From contig JAPMXV010000032.1 in the NCBI GenBank assembly GCA_026936335.1, positions 310,001 through 374,000 on the forward strand: DNA of 64,000 nucleotides, given 5' to 3'. The translations under genes were made by a program, and so were the position numbers. This document shows positions 60,601 to 64,000 of this stretch, piece by piece (position 1 is the stretch's first letter; the number at the start of each line of letters is the position of its first letter). The notes beneath the pieces were generated by a model that saw only the letters and a list, made by a program, of their open reading frames with translations, made no database searches and had not been told where the DNA came from. The stretch comes from Mantamonas sphyraenae STR306 (lineage: Eukaryota; Protista; CRuMs).

Positions 60601-63600
60601 ATCTCCTTGCGGAAGCTGGCCTTGCCCTTGCTCTCGTACTCATCCACAGACACTGTGCGTTTGCCAGGCGAAACAAACACGGGTTTCGATCGTCGCACCT
60701 GTGCATGCGACCGTGCGGGTTTCCATGGCGAGTCCTCGCCTTTGTCGTCCCCATCGTGTGGAACTGCCCCGTCCCCTTCCTCATCCTCATCATCGCTCCC
60801 GTCGTCCCCCAATCCCAACGCCTCCACATCCACCAAATCCGTACTGTACACGCTGTCCGAGTCCCTGTGCGTCGACATGGGCGATCCCACGTCCGACAGC
60901 TCGTCCCCGTCCGCATTCGATCCTGTATCCCCTCGTCTTCCGTCGTCGCCTCCATGTCATCATCATCATCATCATCATCATCCCCCCTTCCTCAAGGGTC
61001 CTTCTGCGTGCATTGTGTGCTGTTTCTCTCTCTGATAACGTGCCACGCGCCGCAGATGATTGCAATCCACCGCTGCGGCCTCCTTGCTGAGGCGCCTGTT
61101 TGATCCTCCCAGCTGTGCTCGATCCACGTTCCCTGCGTCCACCTCCTCGTGTACGCGATGCCAATAGGGCACTTCCACGTCCCACGCTGCCTTCGCGACT
61201 CCCATGCCGTACCCTGTTGTGCTCTCGCAGCGCTCGTTCGTCCAACTGACTTTGCCACCTTCCGGATCCATCACGTCCCTGGTACGCCCATGGCCGCTGT
61301 TGTTGTTGTTGTTGTTGTTGTTGCTTCCACTGCTGCTGGGATTGCTGTGATTGACTGCTGTCATCTCGTCCACCACCACCACCACCACCTCTCTGTCGTC
61401 CACCCACCATAGATCGGCTGCGTGAAGGCCCATGCGAATGTTGGTCTTCGCTCACAAACCTCTTTGGCCGCGCGTGTAGTTTGTATGACGACGACGATGT
61501 CGACGACTCGGAATCCGTCGTGTGCTGGCGTGGCGGACGCGTACGCATGGCACTCGACCGCTTGGGGAATCCTTCGGTGGTGGCAAACAAGTTGCGGTCG
61601 TAGCTGGCTGCACTGTGGCTGCTCAATGTCTTGGGCACCGTCACAGTGCTTGGGATGTGACTGGCCGAGTTGAAGTTTGCGTGTGGCACCCTGCGTTCCA
61701 TCCGCCCCAGTCCACTGTTTTTGCGTTTGGGCTTCAATCCAGCCTGCAACGATTCACCCATACCGCTGCCACTGCTGCTGCCACCGTTGCCCTGTTGTTG
61801 TTTCACGCGGAAGCGATCCAAACCCAACTGCGCCATCATGGCATAGTCCACTGGAATGAGGGTGGACGGGAACGGGGCACCTGCGTGCATGCTCATCTCA
61901 AACTCCACATCGTAGTACTGGTTGTTGATCCAATGCGGAATGTCAAAGGAGGGCGCCGTGTCCGAAATGTGATGCGTGCGGAACGCAGGCACCAGGTGCA
62001 ACGGCACAGGTCCCAGATTCACCAGATCCAAGCCGATGCCCTCGTCGATCATACGCTGCGTCGTCAGTTGATGCAGGTCTTTGTACACATCAAACACACC
62101 CGATCCTGCAGAAACCGTCAGCACCATCTGTCCCGTGCGCATCAGGTCACGGTCAATGTAGTGCTTGTCAAAGATGTTCAGCGCAAGATTGATCATCTCC
62201 AAGAAATTCCCGTGCGCCGCGGTCGAATTGACTCCAATCGGATGGTCATCTTGCACCAACGACGACGAACGCACCATCATGGACGCTGAGGACTCCGACG
62301 AGGTTGAACCGGCACTGCTTGCTCGGCTGCGTGACCCGGTGCGAGTGGGGCTGTCGTACGGCTCCACCTGCGTCACCGAGGGAGACGCATCGCTGTTGGA
62401 AGCGTCTTGGATGACATCGTTGTAGGAACGCCAGCATGCAAGGTGCGGGAAGGAGGCAATCTCTCGCTTGAGCCTGTCCTTGAGGGAAAGAAAGTCAGGG
62501 CTCAGGTCGTTGTCAATCACCATCTTGTAGTAATCCTTGTAGTAGCGTTGGGTAATGGGGTCGAACAAAAGGCCCTCTGTGGAGTTTTCCTGCTTCAACG
62601 GATCCCAGGCGTCGAAGAAGGTGCGTGAAAACAGGACGACGGTGACGCAGTGGGAACAGCCAAGCGTCTGCCACTCCGTCCACAGCCGGCTCATGAATCG
62701 GTTGAGACATATTTCGTAGTAGAGCTCGCCCGTGTGGTGGTACTGCCACATCTCCTGCGACAACTGGATGCACAACAGGTACTTTGCGCTTCGAGAGCGG
62801 AAAATGAACTTGGTGTTTTCGGTGATCAGGCCACAGCTCACCGGCGTGGTGTGGTTGATGAGCATCTCGCTCACCTGTGCATTGATGCCCGTAAACGTCA
62901 GACTCTTGCGCAGGTAAACACACGAACCGTTGAGCTGCTGCTTCAGACGCCACATGTCCGATCGTGCGATGTACTGGTCCTTGAACATCAACGTCACAAA
63001 CTCAAGTGCCACACTCTCAGGGTGGATGCGACGCACATACACCTCTGAGCGAGCGTGCAGGCCAAACAGCTCCGCCACGTGTCGCAGCAGCGACAAATGG
63101 AAGTTTCCTGCCCGATTTCCTGACACCAAGCCGCCTTCCGTCACCTGCGATGTGTTTCATGCACGCCCCACCTCATCGTGTGAGCACCTTGGACAAACAC
63201 TCACCCTCCCGTTCCACCCCCCACACACCCACACACACGCCACGTGTGGTGGAGGCAACACATAGGCACTGCGGCGCCGTGTACACACGTACATTGAGCA
63301 GCACTTTCTGGTAGGTTGCGTTGGGTTTTGCGATTTCCAAAATGTCCCCCACGCGGATCCAGGGAAAGTGGTCTGCGTTGATGGTCAGCTCGGCTGTGTT
63401 GAAGTCTCGGTTGTGTGTGTTGAGTCGGTGTGCTTTCCCGTCACCGTTGAGCATGCGGTTGTTGTTGGCCGTTCGTGTTGTTGTTGAGGAGGAGCTGCTG
63501 CTGCCTGCCCCGCTCCCTCCGCTCGTGCTGGCACTGCTGCTCCCACTGCTGCTCCCTCCACTCTGCAACGCTGCAGAACCATCCTCAGACAACACCTCTC

Positions 63601-63796
63601 CCTGTCCGTTGCTTGACGGGGACAGGGTGGCTGGGCCGTCCTTGCTCACCGTCGTCGCTGCTGACCCACGTCGGCCGCCTCGTGTTCGTCGCTGCCGGTT
63701 CTTCTGGTTCCCTCGTGAGCGCGACGACCGACCTCGCAACCCCGCAATGGCAATTTTCTTGTTGGGGCTGCTCAGCGGGTGCAGTCGATTCGTCAT
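57620..63796 (-). CDS. DEPDC5: GATOR1 subunit DEPDC5/Iml1 (3' end uncertain, 57620-57984)
   Basis: FKDQYIARSDMWRL, FRSRSAK...IQLSQEMW, GNFLEMINLALNIFDKHYIDRDL, RRWSHIF, PACLPLTTDYFP, QRLAQGYQ, WNYLDNLI. Intron 63145-63292; G-run frameshifts near 60985 and 60930. Confidence 0.94.
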
Positions 63797-64000
63797 CGTC
63801 CACACTGGGTTCCTGCATGGGCAGTTTGGTTTTGTTGGAGCTGAGCGCGGGTCGTGATGGAGCACGGTCTGCTCGGTTTGCACGTGCACACCGCAAGACG
63901 CACACACACACACACACACACATTGACTAGAAATGGGTGGGGCACTCCTTCCATTGTCCATCACTTTCCCACCTGTTTCAGCCCCGACCCAGCACTCGTC

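Noticed and set aside
60956-60982. Poly-Met or tandem TGA (selenocysteine-like) run in DEPDC5
   Set aside because: It is a (GAT)n Asp tract read out of frame because of flanking G-run indels.
680-61000. Euplotes-style programmed ribosomal frameshifting
   Set aside because: The sites lack a consistent slippery-codon-plus-stop signature and include both insertions and deletions in homopolymers.

Overview
Eukaryotic, GC-rich, extremely gene-dense DNA, most likely from a free-living protist (lineage not determinable from the sequence alone). It holds about 24 protein-coding genes with short GT-AG introns and intergenic gaps mostly of 40-250 bp. In order: NEK kinase, RBM26/27-like, MgtE-type Mg2+ transporter, GST, PKD2-like channel, FCP1, SCP2-domain protein, LRR multi-pass receptor, two DedA/VTT proteins, divergent kinesin, ankyrin protein, HPS6-like, mL38/PEBP, a head-to-head pair of half-size ABCA transporters, MGM101, CCZ1, an inverted pair of unknown secreted proteins, LST8, an RDD-domain protein, SWEET, a ~2,860-aa coiled-coil protein and DEPDC5. 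Many genes carry single-base indels in homopolymers, most likely long-read consensus errors. The standout is the tail-to-tail duplicated pair at 39629-44404. Each copy has a signal peptide, an acidic pro-piece, a cationic amphipathic 11-mer helix resembling antimicrobial peptides, a Gly-rich hydrophobic segment and a helical body with an EF-hand-like loop. The tails are unrelated: R12W in one copy, YxGRGGY repeats plus an acidic end in the other. This is a candidate novel secreted membrane-attack or extrusome system. No tRNA, rRNA, CRISPR array or transposon was recognised. All family assignments come from motif recognition, not database searches.
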